Notes: generated by a model from the sequence alone, not told the origin. Shown: positions 19,232 to 30,025, numbered from the stretch's first letter. The stretch: DNA of 64,000 nucleotides from an uncultured Chthonomonadaceae bacterium (GCA_963835065.1 CAWIEK010000053.1:384001-448000), one strand, 5' to 3'. Numbers and translations are program-made.

Positions 19232-19324
19232 GCTGTTTTCGGGTTATTTTGCCCTTTTTTTTCTGTTTTTTTCGGGATTGTTTTGGCGGGAGGGTTGCTG
19301 TTGGCATTATGTGCCGTCGCACTG

Positions 19325-19744
19325 ATGACGAAAATGAAGATGGCGGCAAAAGACAGGCCCAAGGTTAAACTGGAATGTCTGCGTCTCCTGACGACATTAA
19401 GACTCGACCCGGCAAAGTCAAAGCTTATCGGAGGGTTTGTTGACGGCTACCTGCGCTTGACGCCGGCAGAGACTCAACGCTATGCGCGTGAGTTCGCCAA
19501 ACTTACGGAGACAGAGAAGGAAACCACGATGGAAATCGTCACGAGTTGGGAAAAAACAGGGATGGAGCGCATCGTTTTGCATCTGTTGCACAACCGACTT
19601 GGAGATGTGCCGAAAACTTTAGAAAAGCGCATCTCCAATTTGTCGGCAAATCAACTGGAAAGCCTCAGCGAAACCATTTTCGATCTAAAAACGCCTAATG
19701 ATCTCGAACAGTGGCTATCACAACACGAGTTAGCGATGCGCTAA
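19325..19744 (+). pseudogene. 5'-truncated Rpn-like / DUF4351 domain protein
   Basis: LMTKMKMAAKDRPKVKLECLRLLTTLRLDPAK...IVTSWEKTG...LHNRLGDVP...QLESLSETIFDL; the N-terminal nuclease-like half is absent. Confidence 0.7.
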
Positions 19745-19788
19745 ATTTTGCAGGGCGTTCGCCTGTTGACTGGATTGGCAGATTATGT

Positions 19789-20787
19789 TTACGGCGTCAG
19801 CGCCAGTGAGCGTATTTCTCCGAATTCATGCGGCAGTTTGCGCCATGTCGCGCCGCCGTCTGCACTGAGATAGACATAGCCCAACACGCAGGCGGCGGCA
19901 ATTGTGTTTGGCAAGGCGGGATGGGTGGCAAACGTCCAAATGGTGCTGTTGGGCGTGGGGGTAAGTTCGGCCTGCCGCCAGTTGTTCCCGCCGTCGCGCG
20001 AAATGTGGAGGCTGCCCGTATTGCCGGGCGGGCCGCTGCCATTGCCGACAAATAGGGTTTGCGGATCGTCGGCCTTGTGGGTGATGCCCCGGCAATAGCG
20101 GTGCGGGAAATGCGACGCGACGTTTTGCGGTTCCCACGTTTTGCCTGCATCCACGCTGATGTTGAGGTCGTTATTGGTGCTGGCAAGGATTGTCTGCGGG
20201 CGCGTATCGGTACGCGGCAGAATGGTCAGCGAATGAATATCGGGCGAACTCATGCCCTCATCGCGGCGCTCCCATGTTTCGCCGCCGTCCGCGCTGCGCC
20301 ACAGGCCGTCAATCTCCACGCCCGCCCAAACAATGTTCGCGTTGGAAGGGTCGGCGCAAAAACACGTGACGCGGGTGTAGCGGATGTAATTGCACGTCGG
20401 GCTGATAGGCGCGTTCAGCTTCTGCCACGATGCGCCGCCGTCCTGTGAGCGATACAATGCGCCGGGACACGTTCCCACATATAGATGTTCCGGGTTTGCG
20501 GGGTGTACGAGCAGCGACCAGATCAGCGTTCCCGCCTGCCAGCCCTGCCCGGCATCCCAGGGCGTGTCCAATCTTGCCCACTGTTCGCCGCCATTGTCGC
20601 TGCGGTACAATCCCGCGTCCGTGCCCGCATACAGAACATTGGATTGGTCGGGATGAACCGCAAGGGCGCGAACTTCCGCTTCGATAAACATCTCGCCACA
20701 CGCCAGCCGAAACGTATTCCCGCCGTCCACGCTGCGCCAAACCGCCTGTCCCGCCGTTCCCACAAAGATTTTTACATCATCCGCCAT
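19789..20787 (-). CDS. BNR/Asp-box repeat beta-propeller protein (Ycf48/VPS10-like)
   Basis: Repeated S-x-D-G-G-x-x-W Asp boxes; start taken at MADDVK. Confidence 0.85.
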   Translation of the reverse strand: MADDVKIFVGTAGQAVWRSVDGGNTFRLACGEMFIEAEVRALAVHPDQSNVLYAGTDAGLYRSDNGGEQWARLDTPWDAGQGWQAGTLIWSLLVHPANPEHLYVGTCPGALYRSQDGGASWQKLNAPISPTCNYIRYTRVTCFCADPSNANIVWAGVEIDGLWRSADGGETWERRDEGMSSPDIHSLTILPRTDTRPQTILASTNNDLNISVDAGKTWEPQNVASHFPHRYCRGITHKADDPQTLFVGNGSGPPGNTGSLHISRDGGNNWRQAELTPTPNSTIWTFATHPALPNTIAAACVLGYVYLSADGGATWRKLPHEFGEIRSLALTP

Positions 20788-21061
20788 GCTGCGCTCCCTG
20801 CTTTCCATTAGACCTCTTTGATAAATAACTTTTTCATAAATCCTTGTGACCGACACAAAGCCTGGCTTGTCGAGCGAACTTATGAAATAATCGGGTGGTT
20901 CTCGTTGATAGAGCAATCAAAGTACGCTTTTACTCCCGCGTTTCTTCCCAAACAGGCGATTCATTCTGCACCCCTTAAAATCCTGCAACATGCGCCAATC
21001 CTTTCATCCGTTTACCAACCATTTCACCCGTTCCCGCTACAAAGTAAGTGAGGAACATTTC

Positions 21062-21667
21062 ATGATTGTGGATGAAGCCAATTTGATCGCCAAAATTCGC
21101 GCCGGGGACCAGGGCGCGTTTCGCCTGCTTTATGAAGGCTATGCGGACCGCGTAACCGGCTTTGTGCTGCGCCTGACCGGCAGCCGGACGGACACGGAAG
21201 ACATTGTGCAGGAAGTGTTTATTGCCGCGTATGCCGGACGCGCTTCTTTTCGCGGCGATTCCAAACTGCTGTCATGGCTGTTGGGAATTGCGGTACGCCG
21301 CTGGCGAGACCGCAGCCGCAAGCAATCCCTGCCGACAACGCCGTTTACGGCGGATGGGGATATGGACGCGCAAGCTACGCAGGTTGCCGGCGGCAGCCTG
21401 CTGGAAACGGAAGTTGTGAATTCTTTAACGCTGGCGCGGGCGCTGGAACAGCTTGAACCTTCGTTTCGCGCGGCCCTGCTGCTGGTCGCTTCGCAGGGGC
21501 TGACGTATCGCGAAGCGGCAGAAATCATGGCCGAACCTGTGGGAACGATAAAGTGGCGCGTGTTTGAAGCCACGCGAGAGATGGCGCGTTTGCTTCAGGC
21601 CATCGAGGAAGAATACAATGCGATGCAGCAACATTCAGAAAAAGATTGCTCTCCTTGCCGCCGGTGA
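21062..21667 (+). CDS. ECF RNA polymerase sigma factor
   Basis: GDQGAFRLLY, DTEDIVQEVF, SWLLGIA, GLTYREAAEIMAEPVGTIKWR. Confidence 0.9.
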   Translation: MIVDEANLIAKIRAGDQGAFRLLYEGYADRVTGFVLRLTGSRTDTEDIVQEVFIAAYAGRASFRGDSKLLSWLLGIAVRRWRDRSRKQSLPTTPFTADGDMDAQATQVAGGSLLETEVVNSLTLARALEQLEPSFRAALLLVASQGLTYREAAEIMAEPVGTIKWRVFEATREMARLLQAIEEEYNAMQQHSEKDCSPCRR

Positions 21668-23599
21668 ACTTTCGGGCTGGCAGAAGCGCCGGGTTGAGCG
21701 GCATTGCCAAACCTGCGCCGATTGTCGGCAGCAGCAGGAGCAAACGCGGCAGCTATGGGCGCGGCTGCGCGGCAGTAACTCAGAGCCTACGCCGGAGCGC
21801 GTAGGGCTTGCCGTATTCGCCGCTCTGTCGGCAGAAAGCCAACCGGCTCCCACCCCTGCCAATATCTCCGCCCCTGCTTTTGATGCCTGGCAGCCGGCGT
21901 TGATATTGGAACCTGAGCATTATGCCACATCAACATGGCAGCGCGTGTGCGCCAGAATGCCCGCTCTTGAAACCGCCTACCTGACCGCAGTGGACTTTGT
22001 TATGGAGTTTCCCCGGCCCCGCAGACGCCCTGCGCGCATCGCCTGCGCATTGGTGGCAGTGGTTGCTTTAAGCGTCGCCACGCCAAAAGCCTACCGCCAG
22101 TACCGAAACAGCGTTCAGCGTAACCTGAATACCAGCCTGATTGCCGCTGTGCAGGCAAAGAACGTGGCTGCCGTTCGTGCGCATGACTGGACCAAGGAGC
22201 CGACCCCAACAGCCGCGCGGCTCCCCTGAATGATAGAGGACCAGGATTACGCGCGTTAGACGTGGTGGTGCAACTGAGGCAATCTATCTCGCCTGATGAA
22301 GAAAAGATAGCCTGCCTGCTGGTACAACATGGCGCAGACATTTCCGGGAAACATGGGGGTTACTACCTGTCAATGGCTTGCCAAAGTGGCGGCACCGAAA
22401 TTGTTCGTATCCTGCTGGAACATGGCGTAGATCCCAGCCACTCTGAAGGCATTTACCAGACTCCATTTGATGCCGCCATTAGTTACGCAACGGGTTCCGT
22501 GTTTTCATACAATATCTCTGATGCGCAAATGGAGGCGATGGTTCGGCAAAGGACTCCCATCAGCCGGGAACTCGTGCGACTGCTGCGGGAACACGGCGCG
22601 CGTCTGAACCTGTGGCAGGCCGCTCGCGTAGACGACGCGGAAGCGGTACGCGCCAATCTCGACGCGGGAACGCCGATTGACCAACCGAAATATGAGAGAA
22701 ATGTTAGCAGCACATTCAAAGAGCCAACGGCGCTGACCTTGGCGGCACAGGCGGGCAGTATTCATGCCGCGCGCCTGCTGCTCGAACGTGGCGCAAATAT
22801 CAACGCTCGAAGCGATTATCCGGGTACACCCCTGACAGGCGCCATCATGGGCAAACATCTTGAAATTGCCCGTTTGTTGCTCAATCGGGGAGCCAATGTC
22901 AATACCTACGCAGCCAATGTCATTACCTCCTCATCGAACTATTACTCGCCGCTCGTGTATGCTTGCAATTTCCTGCCCAGCCTTGTACCGGAGATGCTAC
23001 AGCGCGGCGCAAACCTGAAAACTGCGAGCGGCCCGGCTTTAAGCGCCGCGATACAACACAAAAACTCTGAGTTGGAGCGGTTACTCCTGGAGCGTATGGC
23101 GCGCGCCCACGTCAAAATTGGATACCAAGTTTTACAAACAGCGGTTCGGGAACAGCCCAACCTTGTGCTTCTCCTGCTTGCGCGCGGAGCCAGCGCGCGG
23201 GAAACCTCTCAGCAAGCCGGTGGCCTGATAAGCAGCGCCGTCCATTACAAGCGCAAGGATCTGATTGTGCCGTTGCTGCGCGCCGGAGCCAGCGTCAATG
23301 TTCAGCATGGGATTGTGGAAAGTACGCCATTATCCGAAGCGCTGGTGCAGGATGCGGACACAGTGGAACTATTGCTGAACAAGGGAGCCGATCCCAACAT
23401 GGCTTTCCATTCCGGCCAAACGCCCCTGATTGCCACAGCGCAGGCAGGCAATGCGTCCCTTGCGCGTCTGCTGCTTGCGCATGGAGCCGCCGTCAACGCC
23501 AAAGGCAGATTGGGGCATACGCCGCTCTACTTTGCGCGCAGACACAACTACCCCGCCGTAATCGCGCTGCTGGAACGCGCGGGAGGAAAGGAAGAGTAG
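21618..23599 (+). pseudogene. zinc-finger (HxxxCxxC) anti-sigma fused to ankyrin repeats, frameshifted near 22190
   Basis: MRCSNIQ...HCQTCADC, a TM helix, then the ankyrin start SLIAAVQAKNVAAVR breaks frame; ORF 22262-23599 holds many ankyrin repeats. Confidence 0.7.
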
Positions 23600-23695
23600 A
23601 CGGCAGGTTCCGGTACAGGCCAGGAGGTTCTTTCAACTATTAAACCTCTTTCATAAGCCCTATAAACGGGGCAAGACTTATCTCATCAAACAGAC

Positions 23696-24274
23696 TTATG
23701 AAAGAGGTCTATTAGAGGCGGGCGGACAGCTCCTTTGGAAAAACAGGCATCCATCGCTCCAGCATCTGTACTGCAGCGGCGTCGCCACCCTGTTCGCCCG
23801 CAAACTGCGCCCCCAGATTGACCGCCGCCTGCCAGAACAGTTCCGAGGCTCCGTAACCGCGCAGGATATTGAGACTGTGCTGTATGCAGGCTTCGGCCTC
23901 GCCTTTCCGGTCATGCAGCATCAGCCAGGTGGCATGAATGACCTGCACCCGCGCCAGCAGGCGCAGCGCGTTCGCGTTTTCGCCGGCAACGGCCCGCGTT
24001 CTTCGGTCAGCGCGGGGGAAGAAAGCGCTTCCTGGCGAGAAAGACGCATGCCCCTGGCAGTCGGCAGCAGCGCCATTGCCCGGGCGCGTTCCTGCGGCGT
24101 GAGTTCCAGGACGGTCAGGACGCTTTCCAACTCCCATTGACACGGCGAGGTCGTTCCCGCCTCCCAGTAGCGCAGCGCGCGGTCAGAGATTTGGGCGCGT
24201 CGGGCCAATTCGGTCTGTGAGAGCCTGCGTTGGTGGCGCAGAGCGCGCAGGAACGCGGCAAAGTCGTGGTTCAA
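23696..24274 (-). pseudogene. XRE-family HTH regulator remnant
   Basis: LRALRHQRRLSQTELARRAQISDRALRYWEAG HTH; downstream part fragmented over several frames. Confidence 0.6.
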
Positions 24275-24576
24275 CGTGTCTATCCTTACTTCTGGTGATT
24301 TGCAAAGCCGCGCCGGAAAAATAAGGCGCCCCTCTTGTTTATACTACCTCATACTGACAATCAAAATGACCCCAAGCAGGCAAACCGGCAAAATTGTCAG
24401 ATTTTCAGTAAAACCGGCAAACTTCACGCGACATCCCCCTTTGTGGCACGATTCTTGCATCTTCCTGATATAGCGGCTGTGCTTTCAGTTCGCCCTCTTC
24501 CTCTTCAACAGGGCCGCTTCCTGACGTTGTGTGAAGACGGATTTCTTCGCAGCAGATATAAAAGGACTACACACGT

Positions 24577-25171
24577 ATGCAACGCACGCATCTCTCTCTC
24601 GTTTCTGGCGCTCGCCTGTCTTGCCCTCGCGCCCGCTGCCAATGCGCAGTTGATAGGCACTTCCGTGGCCGGCACACTGCGCGGCATCATTACACCCACC
24701 GCCCTCCCTCCCAATTACTTCGACCCGGCCAATGGGCGCGTTCCCGATGGCTACAGCAATAAAACACAGGGGCCGACGGTGACGGTAGCGGACCCGGCCA
24801 TCGAGTTCGGTTACGCGGATTCCACCAACACCGTTACTGCCGACATCACCAACACTCAGGTTATCCTGAACGATTTTACGTCGGTCGGGAGTTCGGGCTA
24901 CACCGTGACGCTGACCGATGCCGGCTTTGACAGCCTGGTCAAAATGTCGGATACGTTTCAGAATGGCGGCATACGGGCCTCGCGGTCGGGCAATCTGCTG
25001 ACCTTCAGCGTACCGGCCTTCACGGTCAACGGCCTCACGTCTCTGGGCGGCTATTCCGCCGTATTCACAGTCAACTCGTTCGCCCCCGTTCCCGAACCCG
25101 GCAGCATCGCGCTTCTGGTCGGCATAGGCGTGACCGGAGCCGCCTTCCTCAACCGCAAGCGCCGCAAGTAA
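24577..25171 (+). CDS. PEP-CTERM sorting-domain protein; ATG out of frame at a (TC)5 run
   Basis: C-terminal VPEPGSIALLVGIGVTGAAFLNRKRRK; signal peptide FLALACLALAPAANA. Confidence 0.85.
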
Positions 25172-25195
25172 GCAGGAATTTTTGGCTTGCGCGTC

Positions 25196-25228
25196 AAACT
25201 CCCCGGCATGTATTGCCGGGGAGTTTTT
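25196..25228 (+). terminator. intrinsic terminator
   Basis: AAACTCCCCGGCA-tgtat-TGCCGGGGAGTTTTT. Confidence 0.75.
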
Positions 25229-25274
25229 CATTGTGCCCCCATGCGTGTTTTCATGGAAAAGCGAGGGGAGGTAG

Positions 25275-25804
25275 TTGGCAACAAAAACTCTGGACGCGCA
25301 AGAACTTTTGACGCTGATTACAGATGCCTCGGAATATGGGCCGGGGCAGGCGGGCGTTAAGCTGGAGTATGTCAATGGCATTCCCGCATGGGAGGCGATG
25401 CCCATTTACCGTCACCAGAAGAAAACGCTTGCTATGCAGATGTCGCTGCTCGCAAACGCCGGGCAGGATGTACGCGCCTGTATTCCGGTTGCCGATGTGA
25501 CGATTCTTGTTCCCCGACGGTTCCCTCAAGCGCCCCGATATTGCCGTCTACTGTACGAAGCCGACAGATCAGGACAAAGCCGTCACCGTACTGCCCGAAG
25601 CCGTGATCGAAATCATCAGCGTGGGCTACGAGACGAAGGATACTGTATATTAGCCTGCCGTTTTATTTCGCGCACCATATTCCCGACATCGTACTCTTCA
25701 ACCCGGAAACCAATCGCGTGGCGCACTATCACGACGGACAAACGGAGGAACACGATTCGCCCGTCCTCTTGACCTTCCCCTGCGGCTGCCGCGTCGTGGT
25801 ATAA
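25275..25804 (+). pseudogene. Uma2-family (PD-(D/E)xK) endonuclease, two frameshifts
   Basis: KLEYVNG, FPDGSLKRPDIAVYC, PEAVIEIISVGYETKD assembled across breaks at ~25510 and ~25645. Confidence 0.75.
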
Positions 25805-25868
25805 TCTATTCCTGCAACGACAATCAACTTGTCATACCTGGTATATTTGTGTTTTGGAGGAGTGAGCA

Positions 25869-26276
25869 ATGGCTGTTTCAACCCTTATCCCAAAAGTTTC
25901 AGCAGAACCAAAGATTGCGGTTCCACAATCGGACAATGCGCAAGAAGCCGTTAAAGGCGAAAGCGCAGCCCCGCCACCTGTAACCGGCGCAACAGTTAGC
26001 CTTTCACAGACCGAACAGGCGAACCGGGCCTTCCTGAACGCGGTTCAGAATATCCCCGGCGTACTGGCCGCAAAACTCTACGGAGGCAAAACACTCGCCG
26101 AACAATCCATTGTCGTGGTTATTCCCGCCATGCAGAGTTCCACATCAGGACAGGTATTCGAGTTGGAAGGGGAGGTATTCCGTGCCTATCCTGATGCGCG
26201 CCTGGACGTTCGCGTGATTGGATTGCAGGAACGCGGACTTGACGTGTCTCAACTGGAAACCGTTTTGCCCCAATAG
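25869..26276 (+). CDS. hypothetical protein, putative partner of the downstream HEPN-like gene
   Basis: RBS GGAGGAG; 8 nt from the next gene. Confidence 0.65.
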   Translation: MAVSTLIPKVSAEPKIAVPQSDNAQEAVKGESAAPPPVTGATVSLSQTEQANRAFLNAVQNIPGVLAAKLYGGKTLAEQSIVVVIPAMQSSTSGQVFELEGEVFRAYPDARLDVRVIGLQERGLDVSQLETVLPQ

Positions 26277-26284
26277 GATGCCCT

Positions 26285-26683
26285 ATGCCGCCCGACTACT
26301 TTCCCAAAAAGGCGAAACAGCATGTTGCGGAAGCCTGGCGAAACTACTGCCTGTACGACAAATGGGTAGATAAGGAACCCAGTTGGGCCTTAGTGTTGTT
26401 GTTCTACTCAGCATTGCATCTTGTACAAGCCCACGCAGAGAACCAGTACGCGAAGAAGCCTAACATCAGCCTGCCCTCAAAGCATCTTGAGCGAACACAG
26501 TACATTGCCGGGAATTTGCAAAAGATCATCATTGATTACCGGGAACTGCAAACCGCCAGCGAAGATGTAAGGTATGACATGGTTCGTTACTCTCTCAGCG
26601 GCGTTCTAAACTTCTATACAGGGCCGTTTTCCAGAATAGCGGAGGATTTGCGCAAAAAGGCGTTTCCTGGGAGTTACAGCTAA
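26285..26683 (+). CDS. HEPN-like domain protein
   Basis: WALVLLFYSALHLV...SKHLER...YRELQTASEDVRY, the FY.A.H / H..R / L...S...RY pattern of small HEPN proteins. Confidence 0.55.
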   Translation: MPPDYFPKKAKQHVAEAWRNYCLYDKWVDKEPSWALVLLFYSALHLVQAHAENQYAKKPNISLPSKHLERTQYIAGNLQKIIIDYRELQTASEDVRYDMVRYSLSGVLNFYTGPFSRIAEDLRKKAFPGSYS

Positions 26684-26768
26684 CAGCAGACGAGCGCAAT
26701 GCCATCTTGAAGGAATTAGAGCAAGTCATCTGAAGAACGAAAATGGTTCCAGATAAGGAATGGGGTAG

Positions 26769-28418
26769 TTGGTGAATACACTCTACTACGGCGACAATCT
26801 GGAAGTTTTGCGCAAATACGTCCGGGATGAAACCGTTGACCTTTGTTATTGCGATCTGCCCTTCAATTCCAAGCGAAATTATAACCAGATTTATAACAAC
26901 GTCGGGAACGAAGACCGGGCGCAGGCGCAGGCGTTTGTGGATACGTGGGTGTGGGACGCGCAGGCGGACGCGGGCTTTGCGGAAATCCTCGCCAATGACC
27001 ACGCCCGGTTCGCGTCCCAAACCGTAGACCTGCTCAAAGGGCTTGCGCCCGTGCTGAAAAAGGGCAGTCTGTTCGCCTATCTCGTCAGCATGGCCCTGCG
27101 CATTACGGAAATTCACCGCGTCCTCAAACCCACCGGCAGTTTCTACCTCCATTGCGACCCCACCGCCTCGCATTACCTCAAACTTGTTCTGGATGCAATT
27201 TTTGTCTCACAGGGCGGCGACTTCAAAAACGAGATTATTTGGGAACGCACTACCGGCAGAAAGTCACTCGGCCAATTCGGACGTGTGCATGATGTCATTC
27301 TATTCTATACAAAGAGCGGCACATACATTTGGAATCCACCAAGCATTGTACAAACGGCTACAACGGCGCGTGGTCACGATTTAATGAGCGATAGCGGCGG
27401 TGTTTATCGTATGAGCGACCTGACGGGCGCAGGAGCGGGGCCGAGTCGTAAGTTCGGCGAGTTGGAACTCGCGCCGCCCAATGGACGGCATTGGATGTTT
27501 GACCAAAAGGGCCTTGACGAACTATCAGCATCAGGGCGCATCGTTTTTAGTCGTGGCGGAAAGCCGCGATTGAAGACATATATCGAGAATTTACCGGGTA
27601 CTTCTGTACGTGATGTTTGGACGGACATTGAGCCTATCAATTCTGCCGCTGCGGAACGTCTCGGCTATCCTACTCAAAAACCGGAATCGCTGCTCGAAAG
27701 AATCATTGCCGCGTCTTCAAACGAGGGCGATACGGTTCTGGACGCCTATTGCGGGTGCGGAACTACGGTCGCCGTTGCCGAACGCCTGAACCGCAAATGG
27801 ATCGGCATAGACATTACCTACCAGAGCATCGCCCTGATTTTGCGTCGGCTGGAAGCGCAGTACGGCAAGGGTGTTCTGGACACGCTGACGCTCAACGGCG
27901 TTCCCCGCGATGTGGACGCCGCCAATGCGCTTGCCCACAAAAAAGATGACCGCGTTCGCAAAGAGTTCGAGAAGTGGGCCGTTCTCACGTATTCCAACAA
28001 CCGCGCCCTCATCAACGACAAAAAAGGCGGGGATGGCGGCATTGACGGCATGGCCTACTTCCTGACCGGCAAAGACGATAACGCCAAAATCGTATTTCAG
28101 GTAAAAAGCGGGAACGTGGGCCGGGGCGACATCAGCAAGCTCAACAACGACCGGCAGCGCGAAGGGGCCGAACTCGCCGTGTTCCTCACCCTGCTGGACG
28201 CCACAAAAGGGATGCGCGATGAAGCAAGCGCGGCGGGCTTTTACGCCCACCCGCTGATGGGCAAAACGTATCCTCGCGTCCTCATTGTCACCATAGCGGA
28301 CATGCTCCAAGCCGGTTCGCGGCTCGACATTCCCATGAGCCTCGAAGTCCTTAAATCCGCCCGTACCGTAACGGAAACCGCTGCCCACCCCCAACTCTTC
28401 GACGATGACGCGGAATGA
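26769..28418 (+). CDS. site-specific DNA methyltransferase (N6/N4, beta class) with C-terminal Mrr-like endonuclease domain
   Basis: LYYGDNLEVL, CDLPFNS (normally DPPF), YPTQKPESLLERII, DAYCGCGTT, GDGGIDG...FQVKSG. Confidence 0.9.
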   Translation: MVNTLYYGDNLEVLRKYVRDETVDLCYCDLPFNSKRNYNQIYNNVGNEDRAQAQAFVDTWVWDAQADAGFAEILANDHARFASQTVDLLKGLAPVLKKGSLFAYLVSMALRITEIHRVLKPTGSFYLHCDPTASHYLKLVLDAIFVSQGGDFKNEIIWERTTGRKSLGQFGRVHDVILFYTKSGTYIWNPPSIVQTATTARGHDLMSDSGGVYRMSDLTGAGAGPSRKFGELELAPPNGRHWMFDQKGLDELSASGRIVFSRGGKPRLKTYIENLPGTSVRDVWTDIEPINSAAAERLGYPTQKPESLLERIIAASSNEGDTVLDAYCGCGTTVAVAERLNRKWIGIDITYQSIALILRRLEAQYGKGVLDTLTLNGVPRDVDAANALAHKKDDRVRKEFEKWAVLTYSNNRALINDKKGGDGGIDGMAYFLTGKDDNAKIVFQVKSGNVGRGDISKLNNDRQREGAELAVFLTLLDATKGMRDEASAAGFYAHPLMGKTYPRVLIVTIADMLQAGSRLDIPMSLEVLKSARTVTETAAHPQLFDDDAE

Positions 28419-28598
28419 TTCTCTGAGCGGCCATTCCCTGTGAGCAAGGAAAGAGAATAGACAGGGAAAAGGAAATAGACAGGATTAACACAGATTATTT
28501 GGATTAGACAGGATTTCTTCTGGAACGCTCCAGAATAATCCTGTTCAATCCCTCTAATCCTTCCTATTGCCTACTGCCTGCCCCCTACTGCCTGCTTT

Positions 28599-29666
28599 TC
28601 ACGGCTGCTTGATCGTGTCTAAATGGACGAGCAGGTCGCCGCCTTTTTGCACGGAGCCGTTGAGGATGCCCACCGCGAGTTTCAGGCCGTAGCGCCCCAT
28701 CAGGTCGGGATGCTGTTCAATCGTGGCCGTCAGGTCACCGGAAGCGAGCGCGTCTTTCACGCCGGGAATGTTGTCGTAGCCCACGATTTTAACCTGGCCT
28801 TTTTTGCCCGCCTGGGCAACGGCTTTTAAGGCGCCGATAGCCATGTTGTCGTTGGCGCAGAAAATGCCGGCCAAATCGGGATTGGTTTGCAGAATCGTCT
28901 GCGTTTTGGCATACGCTTCTTCGGTTTTCCAGTTGGCCGTTTCCGTCGCCACGATGTTCATGTCCGTATTGGAGGTAATCGCGCCCAAAAAGCCCCGTTT
29001 CCGCGCCTCGGCATTGTCCACGCCGCGTATGCCTTCCAGAATGGCGATTTTGCCCTTGCCGCCCGTTGCCGCCAGCATTTCCTCGCCCGCCAGCTTGCCG
29101 CCTTCCTCGTTGTCGGCTCCCACATAGCCGCCCGGTTCCAGTCCCTGCGCTTTGGCGGTGGCCGGGTCGAGCCGGTTGTCCAGATTGACGATCAGAACGC
29201 CCTTATCCTGCGCGGCTTTCAGGACGGGAATCAGCGCTTTGCTGTCCGCCGGGGTAATCAGGATCGCCTTGACGCCGTTGTTCACTTCCGTTTGCACCAG
29301 GCCGACCTGCTGCTCCACGCTGGTTTCATCCGCCGCCGCCTGCACTTCGCCCTTGACGCCCAGTGTCTGCGCGGTTTCCTCAAACGCGGCGATCATCGGC
29401 TTGAAAAACTCGTTGTTGCGCGTTTTCACAATCAGCGCGATCTTGTAGGGTTCTTTCGCGCTCGTCACGGCGTCCAGTTCTTCCGTCGTAATAGCACGGT
29501 CGGAGGGCGGCGCGGTAAGTACCTTGTTTCCGTTGGAGTCGGAAGCGCCTGCCGCCATCTTGGGCATAGTCGGGGCGGTTGTCGTGGTTTCCGTCTGCTC
29601 CTTGCCGCAGCCCCACAGCGTGACAAGGCCGATCAGCGTCATAAGGGTCGCAAAATAGGGTCGCAT
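28599..29666 (-). CDS. sugar ABC transporter substrate-binding lipoprotein (RbsB-like)
   Basis: Lipobox LWGC, KTRNNEFF, YVGADNEEGG, IFCANDNMAIGA, VGYD. Confidence 0.9.
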   Translation of the reverse strand: MRPYFATLMTLIGLVTLWGCGKEQTETTTTAPTMPKMAAGASDSNGNKVLTAPPSDRAITTEELDAVTSAKEPYKIALIVKTRNNEFFKPMIAAFEETAQTLGVKGEVQAAADETSVEQQVGLVQTEVNNGVKAILITPADSKALIPVLKAAQDKGVLIVNLDNRLDPATAKAQGLEPGGYVGADNEEGGKLAGEEMLAATGGKGKIAILEGIRGVDNAEARKRGFLGAITSNTDMNIVATETANWKTEEAYAKTQTILQTNPDLAGIFCANDNMAIGALKAVAQAGKKGQVKIVGYDNIPGVKDALASGDLTATIEQHPDLMGRYGLKLAVGILNGSVQKGGDLLVHLDTIKQP

Positions 29667-30025
29667 CCATTTCTCCTTTATCGTTCCCGCGCAGGGTAGG
29701 CCCGGCGCGCGGCGATTGCCTGTATTTCTCGCGCTACCGCGTTGGATTTCACTCACATTAGATTGCAAATATTGCAATAATGTTACGTTAAATTGGCCGT
29801 TGATGTTCCGGTTTCCTGCCTGCGCCGCCTGGCTTCGCGCGCGGATTTTGGCGCGCAGGGAGGAACCGGGCGTAGATTCCTTGAACATGAGAACGCGCCA
29901 ACAATTCACAAAAGCCTTGCTTTAGGAAACGCCTCATTACCGGCAGCGACATACCTACGTTGCTGACCTCAATCCGGCTTCCCTATTTTGGCGCGCAGGA
30001 CAATGTTGTCAGGAAATTAACGAAA

